DNA from: Spirochaetota bacterium
GTDB taxonomy: Bacteria; Spirochaetota; UBA4802; UBA5550
DNA: 64,000 nucleotides
Assembly: GCA_963664815.2 (NCBI GenBank)
Contig: CAXXHB010000003.1
Location: forward strand, 3,168,001 to 3,232,000
Direction: 5' to 3'
Shown here: one piece after another, positions 22,077 through 32,536 of the stretch
Layout: each line of letters begins with the position of its first letter
Position numbering within the stretch: the first letter of the stretch is position 1
Translations under genes and position numbers: made by a program
The notes under the pieces: generated by a model
Told to the model about the DNA's origin: nothing
Databases searched by the model: none
The model's input: the letters and a program-made list of their open reading frames with translations, nothing else

Positions 22077-23422
22077 ATGACAGAACCGCGTCATGGAGGC
22101 GGAGGGTTTAGCCCGCAGTGCCGGAGCGATAACGGAGCCCGGAGCATCACGACTATAATCAACCGCACAGCTATCCATATAATGTATGACAAAAGGAGGA
22201 TTGCAGCGGTGCATAACTGGTCAGTGGATACAGGGAACCGGGAAGTTAATTCTTCGGCTGATCTGAAAACCAACAAAATAAGGTATCAGTACGGGAATCA
22301 CCTGGATAGCGCTTTACTGGAACTTGATAATTTGGGAAACATCATCAGTTACGAGGAGTATTTTCCTCATGGTGATACAAGCTTTATGGCTGGTAGTAAC
22401 CAGAAGGAAGTTAAGCTCAAAGAGTACAGATAAACAGGGAAAGAAAAGTATGATGCTACGGGATTGTACTACTTCAGGGCTCGGTATTATGCTTCATGGG
22501 TTGCTAGATGGCTATCTGCCGACCCACTGTTCAGGGAGAACCCAGCAGTTTATGAGGGACCAAAACCTAAAGATAAGGATGAGGCGAAGAAGCAGGAAGA
22601 GGATTACAGGCAGAAACTTTATTCTGAGGGATTGAACCTGTATGGGTATGTGAAGGGGAATCCGGTGAGGTTTAGTGATAAAGTGGGTAATCCTGCTTCT
22701 GCAGCTACTTTATCCGAAACTTTAGTAGAGTATGGAGCAGCTGCAGCAGAGGGTACAAAAAGTGCTGCGGAATATAATCCAGTATTATTAGCTTTAGCAA
22801 TAATATGTACACCATGGAATAATACAGACTATCCTGATATAGGAGGAATATGGAATGAACCATGGATAACTAATGAAGCTGAAGAAAAAATAGAAAGAGC
22901 AATCGTAATACAGGGATTAATTAGTGAATATGCAAAAGTAGAATATGAAAAAGAATTAAATGTATCAGTATATAATGCGCCACCAGCCAAAAAAGGTGCG
23001 TTTGAAGGTTTTTTAAAACAATTATTAAACATGGAGCAAGTATAATAGATTTAGGAATATCAGACCCTAAAAATAGATTTGGACAAGCTTTCTATGTCTC
23101 TGAAGATGAATATACAGCAAGATTGGAAACTGATAACTGGGTAACACCTGTTTTTAGGTTTACAATGAAAAATGCAAGGATATTGGATTTAACTGATCCA
23201 AAAACAGCTGAAATGTTTGGATATAAGGATGGAATGGAGCGCGAAGATGTTTTATCATTGTTAAAAGATAAAAATTTTACGGATATAACTCAAATTGATG
23301 CTATAAAGTATAAAAGTGTGAAAACTGGACGGATCAATTATGCTATAAAAAATCCAGCTATATTGGAATTTAAAGGTATAACAATGGGTGGTATAGATAT
23401 AAAAAATTGGATTAGACCATAA
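22077..23422 (+). pseudogene. Rhs/TcC-like core fragment with RES-like toxin tip (premature stop and frameshift)
   Basis: YQYGNHLDSA..ISYEEYFPHG..EYR*TGKE..YYFRARYY..NLYGYVKGNP; after a frameshift near 23010 it continues NRFGQAFYVSED..ARLE..ILDLTD..YKSVK..NYAI. Confidence 0.8.
22501..22666 (+). repeat. 166-bp direct repeat of the Rhs core end, matching 24655-24820
   Basis: TTGCTAGATGG...GGAATCCGGT appears identical in both copies; sequences diverge right after NPV. Confidence 0.9.
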
Positions 23423-23434
23423 AAGGAGGATAAA

Positions 23435-23872
23435 ATGTCAGGTGGGGATTTTGGAGTTGATATATACGTATTGGAATGTAGTAATTGCAAAACAAGATTT
23501 GAGAATGAATTTTCTAATAGTGACATGGCAACAAATTTTATTTTATTTTTAAAATGTATGACAGATGGAAAATTGTATTGTGTTGATACTATGTCAGATA
23601 ATGTTTTTAAAAAAATATATAATGAAATAAAAATGAAGTCTACTGAAGAAGTTATATTGGAAAGTAGAGCTTTTAAAGAAAAATTTGAAAGCATATGCAA
23701 ACCATGTAGCTGTGGAGGTAATTATATTTTTGATTATGCCTATGTCTGTCCAAAGTGTGGTAATGCAAGCAAACAAAACTTTGTATTAATAAATAAATAT
23801 TCATCTAGTATATATGTCCAGGATGTACAATACCAGGATGAATATAATATACCTGATGATATTGAGGATTAG
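23435..23872 (+). CDS. Cys-rich putative immunity protein
   Basis: AGGAGG RBS right after the toxin tip; CxxC, CxC and CPKCG motifs. Confidence 0.65.
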   Translation: MSGGDFGVDIYVLECSNCKTRFENEFSNSDMATNFILFLKCMTDGKLYCVDTMSDNVFKKIYNEIKMKSTEEVILESRAFKEKFESICKPCSCGGNYIFDYAYVCPKCGNASKQNFVLINKYSSSIYVQDVQYQDEYNIPDDIED

Positions 23873-23889
23873 GACTGCCACTGCCACAA

Positions 23890-25237
23890 TGCCACACCCT
23901 AGACCATTCTGGACAAACCGGTTCCTTAAATGGAACCGCATATTCCGGGTACATCCGGTTTATGCTCTGACACCTCATCTCTGGAAGGAATGGAATGAGG
24001 CGCTGACACTGAAAGTGAGGTGAACTGGAACTACAGGGATAACATAAGCTCTGCTGTTCTTTTAAAACGAGATAGCAACATAAACGACGCAGAGTACTAC
24101 GTGTATGACGCGGCAGGTCAGCGCATCAGGAAAGTACGGGAGACGCTCACCAACAGCAACAATAACAGTGTTGAAATTGAAGAGAAGATATATTTAAGTG
24201 CTGTTGAAATAAAGAAGATACGCACTGTTCAGGGGAATAACAGCACTGATATATTGAACAGGTCAACTCTCCATGTTATGGATGACAAGAGGAGAATTGC
24301 GACTGTCCATAACTGGTCACAGGATAGCAATAACCGTGAGGTGAATTCATCCAGCGATCTCAACACAAACAGGATAAGATACCAGTATGGAAATCATCTT
24401 GATTCAGCTTCGCTGGAACTGGACAGTATAGGGCAGATCATCTCCTATGAGGAATATGACGCCACAGGATGTGGCTAATGCAAAGCGCGACAGGATGTCA
24501 AAAAAGCGCTTTGCCTTTCCGTATGGCGACACTTCTTTCATAGCAGGCACTAACCAGAAAGAGGTGAAACTCAAGGAGTACAGGTACACAGTGAAGGAGA
24601 AGGACGATGCCACAGGATTATACTATTACGGGGCACGCTACTACGCTTCATGGCTTGCTAGATGGCTATCTGCCGACCCACTGTTCAGGGAGAACCCAGC
24701 AGTTTATGAGGGACCAAAACCTAAAGATAAGGATGAGGCGAAGAAGCAGGAAGAGGATTACAGGCAGAAACTTTATTCTGAGGGATTGAACCTGTATGGG
24801 TATGTGAAGGGGAATCCGGTAAACCATAATGATCCGACGGGTATGGAAGAAAAGTATAATCCAAGTTGTCATCAAAGTTATATCCCTAGTGTCGGAGAAG
24901 CTGTAGAGTCACGACTTAAAAGAGAAAACAATGAGACAGTCAAAGCAGTAAAAAACTTTTCTTTTTGAAAGTAAGATTAATGCATTATCATCTGATAATC
25001 CACTACCGCTACCAATGCCAAAGGTATTAATAGGAAATGATTATTACTATTTATTGCGTTATATTGACGCTGAAAATAGAGGGTTAAATCCACCGGATTA
25101 TTATCTTGATTATGGTAATAAATATATGAATAAATTTAAATATGAAACTGGGCCTAGCTTATCAACTAGCGGACAAGAATGTTGCCGTTATACTTTATAC
25201 TATTTACAAGCAAATATGGAAAATATTCTATTATTAA
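23890..25237 (+). pseudogene. Second Rhs/TcC-like core fragment with a different C-terminal tip, disrupted
   Basis: YVYDAAGQRIRK, YQYGNHLDSA, YYYGARYY, NPVNHNDPTG; 58-bp insertion, frameshift near 24960, truncated by IS91 remnant. Confidence 0.8.
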
Positions 25238-25533
25238 ACAGTCTATCAGATAACTGTAGAAATAATTATTTTACGGGATTATTATTTTTTCCGGTAAAAT
25301 CACCGGATTTTTACTGTATGTTATTTCAAAGATCGGGAGAAAATGGGATTCGAATTCCTATGACTGTTCTGAGTATTTTCAAAGCATGCACTGTCCGATG
25401 TCAGTGATTTCGTCCAACAAAAGTCTTAACATAGCTGCTGTCTGAAGATTGAAATTATCTGTTCAATGTTTTTATACCGCTAATAAAGATTAGCGGTTTT
25501 TTTGGGGCAGCTACGTTAAGACTTCTATAAGTT
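25238..25533 (+). mobile_element. IS91-family element A, 3'-end remnant with oriIS-like motif and terminal hairpin
   Basis: Homologous to the ends of the 30360, 35803 and 41198 copies; GGATTCGAATTCCTAT then GTCCAAC and hairpin ending at GTT. Confidence 0.8.
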
Positions 25534-25537
25534 AGAT
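25412..25537. other. attC-like hairpin linked to the IS91-A end
   Basis: GTCCAAC..AGTCTTAACATAGCTGC ... GCAGCTACGTTAAGACT..GTTAGAT. Confidence 0.75.
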
Positions 25538-25553
25538 GATGGTTGTGAAACTT

Positions 25554-26531
25554 TTAATAAGAATCAATATGTCTAATTTTATCAATATACCATTTATTTT
25601 CTATTTTTGTTAAATACACATTACATGAGACAAACTCTTTTACTATCTGTTTTTGTGTAAAAGTTTTATCAACATCAATATTAAATCCTTCTTTCGATTT
25701 AGTTTTCAACAGCCAAGCTAATTTTGATGAATTTGTTGGCGAAATTAGCTGAAATAAAATCAAATTATCAAATACATCAACATCATAGTTATGTTCTTTT
25801 AGTTCGTTTTTAAAGGAATCAAATATTTTTATAATATTACTTAAATCTTTGACTTTTTTCTTATAAATTTGATCAATACAATCAAATAATGGAGCATCAG
25901 TTTTATCAGTATAATTTACAAATATTTCTGCAGATGCTGCATCAACTTTGGTTTTACGAATACTTAAATCTACAATTGAATCTGTATAGATATAACCTTC
26001 TTTAAAAGAAGATAAATTATTATTCCATCGTTGTTTTCTAAAATCAGAGCTAAGAAGTTTAAATGCATTCTCATAATTTTTATGTGATAAATGAGTATAA
26101 AAATATTTTACACAAGCATATGCAGAACCATGCTCATCCATTAAGTTCTTAATAAATTTTTTCACTCTATCACGCAGATTGTCTAATGATTCAGGTGTGA
26201 AATCATAAAAAACTTGTCTTAATCCAGTAACATCAAATGGAATTTTATCATCATTATTATATCTTGTAACAATTACATTATTAAAAGACAATGCATGAGC
26301 ATAACCTAATTCATAAAAAACATTGGGATTATTAGAACTAATATCTGCAATAATCATATCAGCGCTTTTTATATTATTTAAAACATCTTCCATAATTTGA
26401 CCGGGTTGTGCAATTTCATCAACTCTTATACATTTAACATCTAATTCATCACATATACTTTTGTATACATTGTTATACACATCTTCATACTTTGAAAATG
26501 GCATAATAACAAAACAATTTTTTTTATCCAT
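25554..26531 (-). CDS. Nucleoside 2-deoxyribosyltransferase/TIR-like domain protein (cassette)
   Basis: CFVIMPFS..CIRVDE..IIADISSNNPNVFYELGYAHAL..IPFDV; low GC; flanked by GTTAGATGATGGTTGTGAA / TTCACAACTATCATATCAAC. Confidence 0.75.
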   Translation of the reverse strand: MDKKNCFVIMPFSKYEDVYNNVYKSICDELDVKCIRVDEIAQPGQIMEDVLNNIKSADMIIADISSNNPNVFYELGYAHALSFNNVIVTRYNNDDKIPFDVTGLRQVFYDFTPESLDNLRDRVKKFIKNLMDEHGSAYACVKYFYTHLSHKNYENAFKLLSSDFRKQRWNNNLSSFKEGYIYTDSIVDLSIRKTKVDAASAEIFVNYTDKTDAPLFDCIDQIYKKKVKDLSNIIKIFDSFKNELKEHNYDVDVFDNLILFQLISPTNSSKLAWLLKTKSKEGFNIDVDKTFTQKQIVKEFVSCNVYLTKIENKWYIDKIRHIDSY

Positions 26532-26617
26532 TTAAAACTCCATAATATAAATTATTTTTAAATTCACAACTATCATATCAACGTCTTGGCTATACGACGT
26601 TGCGCGGTCTTTTGCGC

Positions 26618-28451
26618 GTCGAGTGGCGCGAAGGAACTTCCCCTCCGCGCTCTCACGGAACCAGACGTGAATCTCTCAATTCATCCGGCTCTTATTGTTC
26701 AGCCTTTACAGTAAAGAAGACCCCAATGCGTGAAAAGTTTCGGCTCTTTCATTGCTATGCGCTCTATCCAGTGCCTTGCTCTGCGCTTATGACCCCTTAA
26801 CCTTTTATATTTCTTCATTGCCCATTTTGTCAGTATTAAATCAAACAGCCTTAGTGTCGGATACATCGCCGACCGGTAAAAGGCATAGTAATAATTTATC
26901 CATCCTCTGATTCTGGCATTGAACATGCGGGATATCTCCTCAAGTGTCTGGCTGCTCCGAAGATGAACCTTCCACACTTTCATAGTTTCCCTTATATTTT
27001 TCATAGCCTTATCACTGGCGGCAGGACTGAAATTGACAAAGTATTTCCCATGTTTTGTTTTCGACATTCTGGCCTTAAAAGTAAATCCCAGAAAATCAAA
27101 ATTTACTACAGGATATCTCTGCTTTCTCTTGTCATCCCTGCAATAAACAATCTTTGTCTTCTCCGGATGAAGTTCAAGTTTACACTCATTCATCCTTTCT
27201 TCAAGTGCATGCTTCAACTGTATAGCCTGTTCTTCAGTGCTGCAATGACAGATACAGTCGTCTGCGTACCTTTCAAAAGGTATTGACGGATAGTTTCTCA
27301 CCATCCATGCGTCAAATGCGTAATGAAGATAAAGATTCGCAAGCAGCGGGCTTATTACTCCCCCCTGTGGCGTCCCTTTTGTTCTCTCCTCAAGACTGCC
27401 ATCCGGCATTTTCACCGGAGCTTTCAGCCAGCGTTCAATATACAGTATAACCCATCTGCTTTTTGTATGCTTACACACCGCCTTCATCATCAGATCATGA
27501 TCTATTGTATCAAAGAATCCTTTGATATCAAGGTCGATTACCCAGTCATATTTCCAGCAGTGTCTTCGGGCTCTTTCAACTGCATCTTTAGCCGAACGCC
27601 CTGGCCGATAGCCGTATGAATTTTGATGAAATACCTTTTCAAGTTCAGGCTCAAGCATACGCTTGACCACCGTCTGGGCTATCCTGTCAGATACTGCAGG
27701 TATTCCCAGTGATCTTTTCTTCCCGTCACTTTTCGGAATTTCAACACGTAATACCGGCGGAGGCAAATAACTTCCGGATGACATACGGTTCCAGATTTTA
27801 AACAGGTTATTTTTTAAATCTGATTCAAAATCTTTTAGCTTTACTCCGTCTGCTCCGGATGCTCCTCTGTTCGCTTTTACCTGTTTGTAACTATCCCATA
27901 CTTCCTGTCTGGATATTTGAAACGGCTTTGCCTTATCCAATCAATTCCTCCCGTTACCGGTTGATTAATCTCTAAAGCTGAACAATGTGCCCCCTTTGCT
28001 CCATCTCCATTACAGAGACTTCTTCACTACTACGGGACACTCCGCCCCTGTGCTTTGCCTCGGTACTCTCATCCTTGCGGGGCCACCGCTTGAAATTCTC
28101 CCTTATCATCAAAGCGACTTACTTCTCACATTGAACATAAAAGCCAGCTGTAAAGTCACACCATCTTTATGCCGGAAGCCGTCCGGACAGTAAACAGGTC
28201 TCCTCCGGACTTATCCCGGAATCCACATTACACCCCGGTTTTGACTTCAACTGTAGCCTCTTTCGACACCTCAACGATGATTCACTTTCGTTTGTCTCCT
28301 TACAACACACCTGACGTGTTTATCACGCCTTTTCCTTAACGCTCACCACAGTAGCTCTTTACCAATGCAGCTTAAGGTGGTTTGAAGCCTGTACCTGTAT
28401 ACCGGCTCCGAAGGGCCCTCCTTCATCTTTTACACTCCTTCCGTGACACAC
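26618..28451 (-). mobile_element. Complete group II intron, RmInt1-like (bacterial class D, no endonuclease)
   Basis: 5' GTGTG at 28451; DV GAGCCGGATGAATTGAGAGATTCACGTCTGGTTC; DVI ending ACTCGAC at 26618; EBS1 AATGTGG (28229-28223) complementary to 5' exon CCACATT. Confidence 0.92.
26699..27940 (-). CDS. ltrA: Group II intron reverse transcriptase/maturase
   Basis: KIWNRMSSGSY, SYGYRPGRS, DLDIKGFFD, GTPQGGVISPLLANLYL, RYADD, FDFLGFTF; no HNH domain. Confidence 0.97.
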   Translation of the reverse strand: MDKAKPFQISRQEVWDSYKQVKANRGASGADGVKLKDFESDLKNNLFKIWNRMSSGSYLPPPVLRVEIPKSDGKKRSLGIPAVSDRIAQTVVKRMLEPELEKVFHQNSYGYRPGRSAKDAVERARRHCWKYDWVIDLDIKGFFDTIDHDLMMKAVCKHTKSRWVILYIERWLKAPVKMPDGSLEERTKGTPQGGVISPLLANLYLHYAFDAWMVRNYPSIPFERYADDCICHCSTEEQAIQLKHALEERMNECKLELHPEKTKIVYCRDDKRKQRYPVVNFDFLGFTFKARMSKTKHGKYFVNFSPAASDKAMKNIRETMKVWKVHLRSSQTLEEISRMFNARIRGWINYYYAFYRSAMYPTLRLFDLILTKWAMKKYKRLRGHKRRARHWIERIAMKEPKLFTHWGLLYCKG

Positions 28452-28542
28452 AATGTGGCAAAGCCCAAGTGAGGTACTCTGAACTCTGCGGGTAAGCTTT
28501 GTTGTATGCCGTAAGCGAATTTTGGATTTAATTTATTTTTAT

Positions 28543-29868
28543 TCAAAAAGCAAAAAATTCCGTAATGCATGTATCCTCAAATTTAATCCCAGGGTAAACA
28601 TCTTTTATTGTTATACGAATTTTTGTAATTTCGTAATCGCAATCAAAATCTTCCGGGGCAATAAGAATACTTGTCACATTTATCTCTTTATTGACACCTT
28701 CAAAATCATCTTCGCCCCAATTCAGCAATGCAAAATATTTCGTTTTCAAGTCATCTATGGTTATAGTTTTACTAAATGAAAAAGAGCTTCCATCTGCTCC
28801 TTTCTTGTTACCCTGAATATCACATTGTACTTTTTTAATTCTAGAATTATTTGTAAACAATTTGCTGGATCTCATAAAACCATTCGCAATTGCAATATTT
28901 TTTACACCCTCTTTAAAATCGACTTCAATCCACTCTCCAATCCCATTTCCATCTGCACCTTCCGCCCATGCCGTTTTGAATGTCCCGTCGATAAGATTTT
29001 TAACCGAATAAGGCCCTTTAAGACTGCTCGAAGCGGATATGTTTTTTACTAACAAAGATGTTTTATTTTTCAACACCTGACTGCGGTATTTTTTATAATA
29101 TTTTTCAAGATCATATGCAATTTCAAGATCTCTTAATTTTGAAAAATTTACCTTTTCTATGATTACGCTCTGATTATAATTTTGTTTTTGAAAGCCTTTA
29201 ATCCCATTAATTTTAAAATCAATTTTTTTCATATCTAATACAAAGGTATCTATAACGATTTCTAATTTATCAACAACACCTTTACCCCAGCCAGCTGCAG
29301 GTTTAAAATTATATACGAAAGTTCTTATCCTGTCGCTCCCTTCATCACCGTTATAACTTGATCTTGCTAAATAATTAATTTGAATAATGTTTATCCCTTT
29401 GTTTAGTTTTATCTTTGACAAATACCACTTAATTTCATCATCTTCATCAGATTCAAAAAAATCTTCTCTTTTAATTTTATTTATTTTTTGAGTCAGTGTA
29501 ACATCAGAATTATTTATTGTCATCTTAAAATATTTAATAGAATCATTATCACTATTTTTAAAAGACTGGAAATCTACAAGCCCTACATGCTTGTTATAAA
29601 ATGGAAATCCGAAATCTACAGTTTTATTATCATCTCTACAGTTCAGTTCATATATTAACTGAATATTGACATAATCATCAATAGGTCTGATGAATAGCTT
29701 TTCAGATAAAAGATCAACATTTTCAAATTTTTTTAATTGGACATTACCTGTTGATACAAGTGTTGAACCCTCAATTGGGCCTCCGTTTGATTGAAGTGGA
29801 AATGAGTAGAATATGCTTACTGAAAAAAATAATAAACCAAGAATAGATTCTCTAACTATTTTCATCAC
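28543..29868 (-). CDS. Secreted protein: DUF4424-like N-terminus plus discoidin/NADase-type glycan-binding domain (cassette)
   Basis: Signal peptide; ASSSL..NLIDG..TAWAEG..GIGEWI..NGF..NSRIKK motif. Confidence 0.65.
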   Translation of the reverse strand: MMKIVRESILGLLFFSVSIFYSFPLQSNGGPIEGSTLVSTGNVQLKKFENVDLLSEKLFIRPIDDYVNIQLIYELNCRDDNKTVDFGFPFYNKHVGLVDFQSFKNSDNDSIKYFKMTINNSDVTLTQKINKIKREDFFESDEDDEIKWYLSKIKLNKGINIIQINYLARSSYNGDEGSDRIRTFVYNFKPAAGWGKGVVDKLEIVIDTFVLDMKKIDFKINGIKGFQKQNYNQSVIIEKVNFSKLRDLEIAYDLEKYYKKYRSQVLKNKTSLLVKNISASSSLKGPYSVKNLIDGTFKTAWAEGADGNGIGEWIEVDFKEGVKNIAIANGFMRSSKLFTNNSRIKKVQCDIQGNKKGADGSSFSFSKTITIDDLKTKYFALLNWGEDDFEGVNKEINVTSILIAPEDFDCDYEITKIRITIKDVYPGIKFEDTCITEFFAF

Positions 29869-29966
29869 AAACCTCTTTGAGTTTTATTATCAAAAATCTG
29901 CTATGAATTAACAGTATTTTGTATAAGAAAATATATAGTTAATAAAAAAAGTTCAATTCGCTTATA

Positions 29967-30359
29967 GTCTGGTAGGTCAGGAAGCTCGCACCTCCTTTCC
30001 CCCATAAGAACCGTACGTGGAAGTTTTTACCACAGGCACTTCCTCCGGTCGCCTTCACACGGCTCAAGCCGTCTAAAGCTGATTTTACAACCAGCCGCTG
30101 TTATCTGTTTGTATTCCCATTTTTCTATAGTAGAAATAATCAGAATCTACTTTTAGAAATGGGTTCCTGTCAAGACTTATCATTCTGTGCCGTACAATTT
30201 TAATGTGTCCCGCAGTAATGAGAATCTCCTCATCAGAGCAGAAAGTTTAAGTACCGGTTTTTAAGCCATAAAGAATTTTTCATCGGGTGTCTGAATCTGC
30301 CCCATATCCATAGAGCCTGAAAAAGAACAGTATCGAGTTTTAAAGGCTACCTTTGACAT
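29967..30359 (-). mobile_element. 3' fragment of a second group II intron (maturase domain X, DV, DVI)
   Basis: Minus strand KLDTVLFQALWIWGRFRHPMKNSLWLKNRY..IKIVRHRMISLDRNPF; GAGCCG..CACGTACGGTTC; ends CTACCAGAC. Confidence 0.85.
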
Positions 30360-31252
30360 TCATGAAAATGCTTTTATTCCACCTCGGCAAAGAACTTAAA
30401 AACGGTTCTTTAAAGACACCTGACGGCATTGAAGATACAGAAAAGCTTTTTAATCAGCTTGCGTATATTCCATAGGTTGTAAACTCCCAGCCTCCCGGCA
30501 AAGGTAAAAAGAAACCGGTAAACATAGTCCGCTATCTTTCGAGATACGTTGCTAAAAGTGCAGTCAGTGATAAACGGATACAGAAAGCGGAGAATGGAAA
30601 TGTTTACATCCGCTATTACAATAGAAAAAGGAAGCAGAGTAAAATGGAGGTTGTTACAGAGATTCAATTTATGAAACGGCTGGTACTGCATATTCTTCCT
30701 AAAGGATTTAAAAAGTCCGGTTCTTCGGGTTTATGGCAAACCATAACAGGGCAAACAATCTTGCCCTTTGCCGGATGTTTCTTGGTCAGCCCCTGGCGGA
30801 GCAGGATGAGCGGAGCAAAGAGCTTCTTGAGGATACAGCTTTCCTGTTCTGGAAATATTTCAGGATTGATATAACTCTCTGCAGGGAGTGCGAAAAGGGA
30901 CACATTCATTATATCCATGGCCTGTCGACTTACGGTTAGCTGTTATAAAGAAGTATATCCGCACAGATTTAAAAAACTGTTTTATAGAGAGGATAAGTAT
31001 GTCCGGAGCATTTGAGATTTTTCATAAAATCGCCATTCACAGTCTATCAGATAACTGTAGAAATAATTATTTTACGGAATTATTATTTTTTCCGGTAAGA
31101 TCATCGGATTTTTACTGTATGTTATTTCAAAGATCGGGAGAAAACGGTATTCAAATTCCTAAATATACTGTTCGATCCCAGTGGTTTCGTCCAACAGAGT
31201 CTTAACATAGCTGCTACCTGAAGATTAAAATTATCTGTTTAATGTTTTTATA
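30360..31252 (+). mobile_element. IS91-family element A, 3' transposase pseudogene, oriIS-like end, truncated hairpin
   Basis: RYLSRYV..HILPKGFKK..CRECEKG with stop and frameshift; GGTATTCAAATTCCTA; GTCCAAC. Confidence 0.85.
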
Positions 31253-31324
31253 AGTTTTTCAAAATATCCCCCATGCTCTTTTTCCACACCGAAGCGCATG
31301 GACGCGCGAAGGTTATTTAAAAAA

Positions 31325-32536
31325 TCATTGATTAACTGCTTCTCGCATGGAGTCTCTTTTGGATAATTCTCGTAATTGCAAATCTATTGATTTTATAACA
31401 ACTACGTCAGATTGAAATGGAAAAAGTCGATTTTCTTTAATTTCTTTTGTTTGAACAACTATTTTTAGCGGATAATTTTTTCCTACTGATGCTTTTTCTA
31501 ACTTTTCAATGGTTTCTTCAACTGTATCATATTCACCTTGAATTTTTACAGGTACAGGAAAGCCATTATGGTGCTCTTTTAAAAAACCATCTATGCCAGT
31601 ATTTCTTTGAACTGGTAATGCATTAATACTTGCAAGTATTGATAATTCATAATCATTTTTAACTAAATAATCTGATGTTCCTTTTTTTAAGAGATTAGAT
31701 TGAGTTATTACCATCTCATCAAGACGAGAATTTGAAAGATTTACAGCATCTATAGAAATATCAATCCCAATATATTTTCTGTTTAGTAGTTTTGCAGAAA
31801 CACAAGTTGTCCCACTACCACAAAATGGGTCTAAAACAATATCACCCTCATCAGTTGAAATATTTATAATTTGATTTAAAAGTAAAACCGGTTTTTGAGT
31901 TGGATAACCAGTTCTTTCTTTTGCTTTAGGATTAAGGTATGGAATTTCCCATACATCTGATAACGGGACACCTTTCTTTTCTTTTCCAATTACTATTTTT
32001 CCATTATCATCCTTTTTATATATTGATTTACCATTTGTATCTCTTTCACGCTCTTGTAATATTTGATCAATATTTGTCGTAGCTGAATAGTCTGTATATA
32101 TCGTGTTAAATTTAAATTCAGATGCTTTTGAATAAAAAAATATTATTTGATGAGAATTTAAAAGTCCTTTTTTAGAATTAGACCATCTTTTATAAGACCA
32201 AACTATTTCACTTTGAAAATTTTCAGTTTGAAAAACTTCATCTAATAAAATTCTTATATAATGTGATGCAGTTTTATCACAATGCAAAAAAACCGAACCA
32301 GTATTTTTAAGTATTCGATTACATTGGATCAATACTTCTTTAATTAAAAATGTATATTCATCAATTGAATCAAATTTATCATCAAATTCGTATATCTTTG
32401 AATTATCACGATTTGCTAAAGAATGCTTTTTCTGAGTAAAAAATGGTGGATCAAAATAGATTAAATCAATTGACTCAGAATTTATTTCTAATAATTTTTC
32501 TAAGCAGTTACCATGAATAATTTTATTTGTTTCCAT
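31325..32536 (-). CDS. N4/N6 DNA methyltransferase of a type II RM system
   Basis: DLIYFDPPF, YPTQKP, VLDPFCGSGTT (beta-class motif order). Confidence 0.92.
   Translation of the reverse strand: METNKIIHGNCLEKLLEINSESIDLIYFDPPFFTQKKHSLANRDNSKIYEFDDKFDSIDEYTFLIKEVLIQCNRILKNTGSVFLHCDKTASHYIRILLDEVFQTENFQSEIVWSYKRWSNSKKGLLNSHQIIFFYSKASEFKFNTIYTDYSATTNIDQILQERERDTNGKSIYKKDDNGKIVIGKEKKGVPLSDVWEIPYLNPKAKERTGYPTQKPVLLLNQIINISTDEGDIVLDPFCGSGTTCVSAKLLNRKYIGIDISIDAVNLSNSRLDEMVITQSNLLKKGTSDYLVKNDYELSILASINALPVQRNTGIDGFLKEHHNGFPVPVKIQGEYDTVEETIEKLEKASVGKNYPLKIVVQTKEIKENRLFPFQSDVVVIKSIDLQLRELSKRDSMREAVNQ

Noticed and set aside
26699-27940. RT as the DGR or retron enzyme for the Lcl genes
   Set aside because: YADD and PQGG motifs, maturase domain and complete intron RNA ends identify a group II intron IEP; no Avd or template repeat is adjacent.
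30888-31205. ORFs 30888-31205, 41756-42043 and the tail of 25015-25407 as a conserved small protein
   Set aside because: They are read-through of the repeated IS91 end; starts and frames differ between copies.
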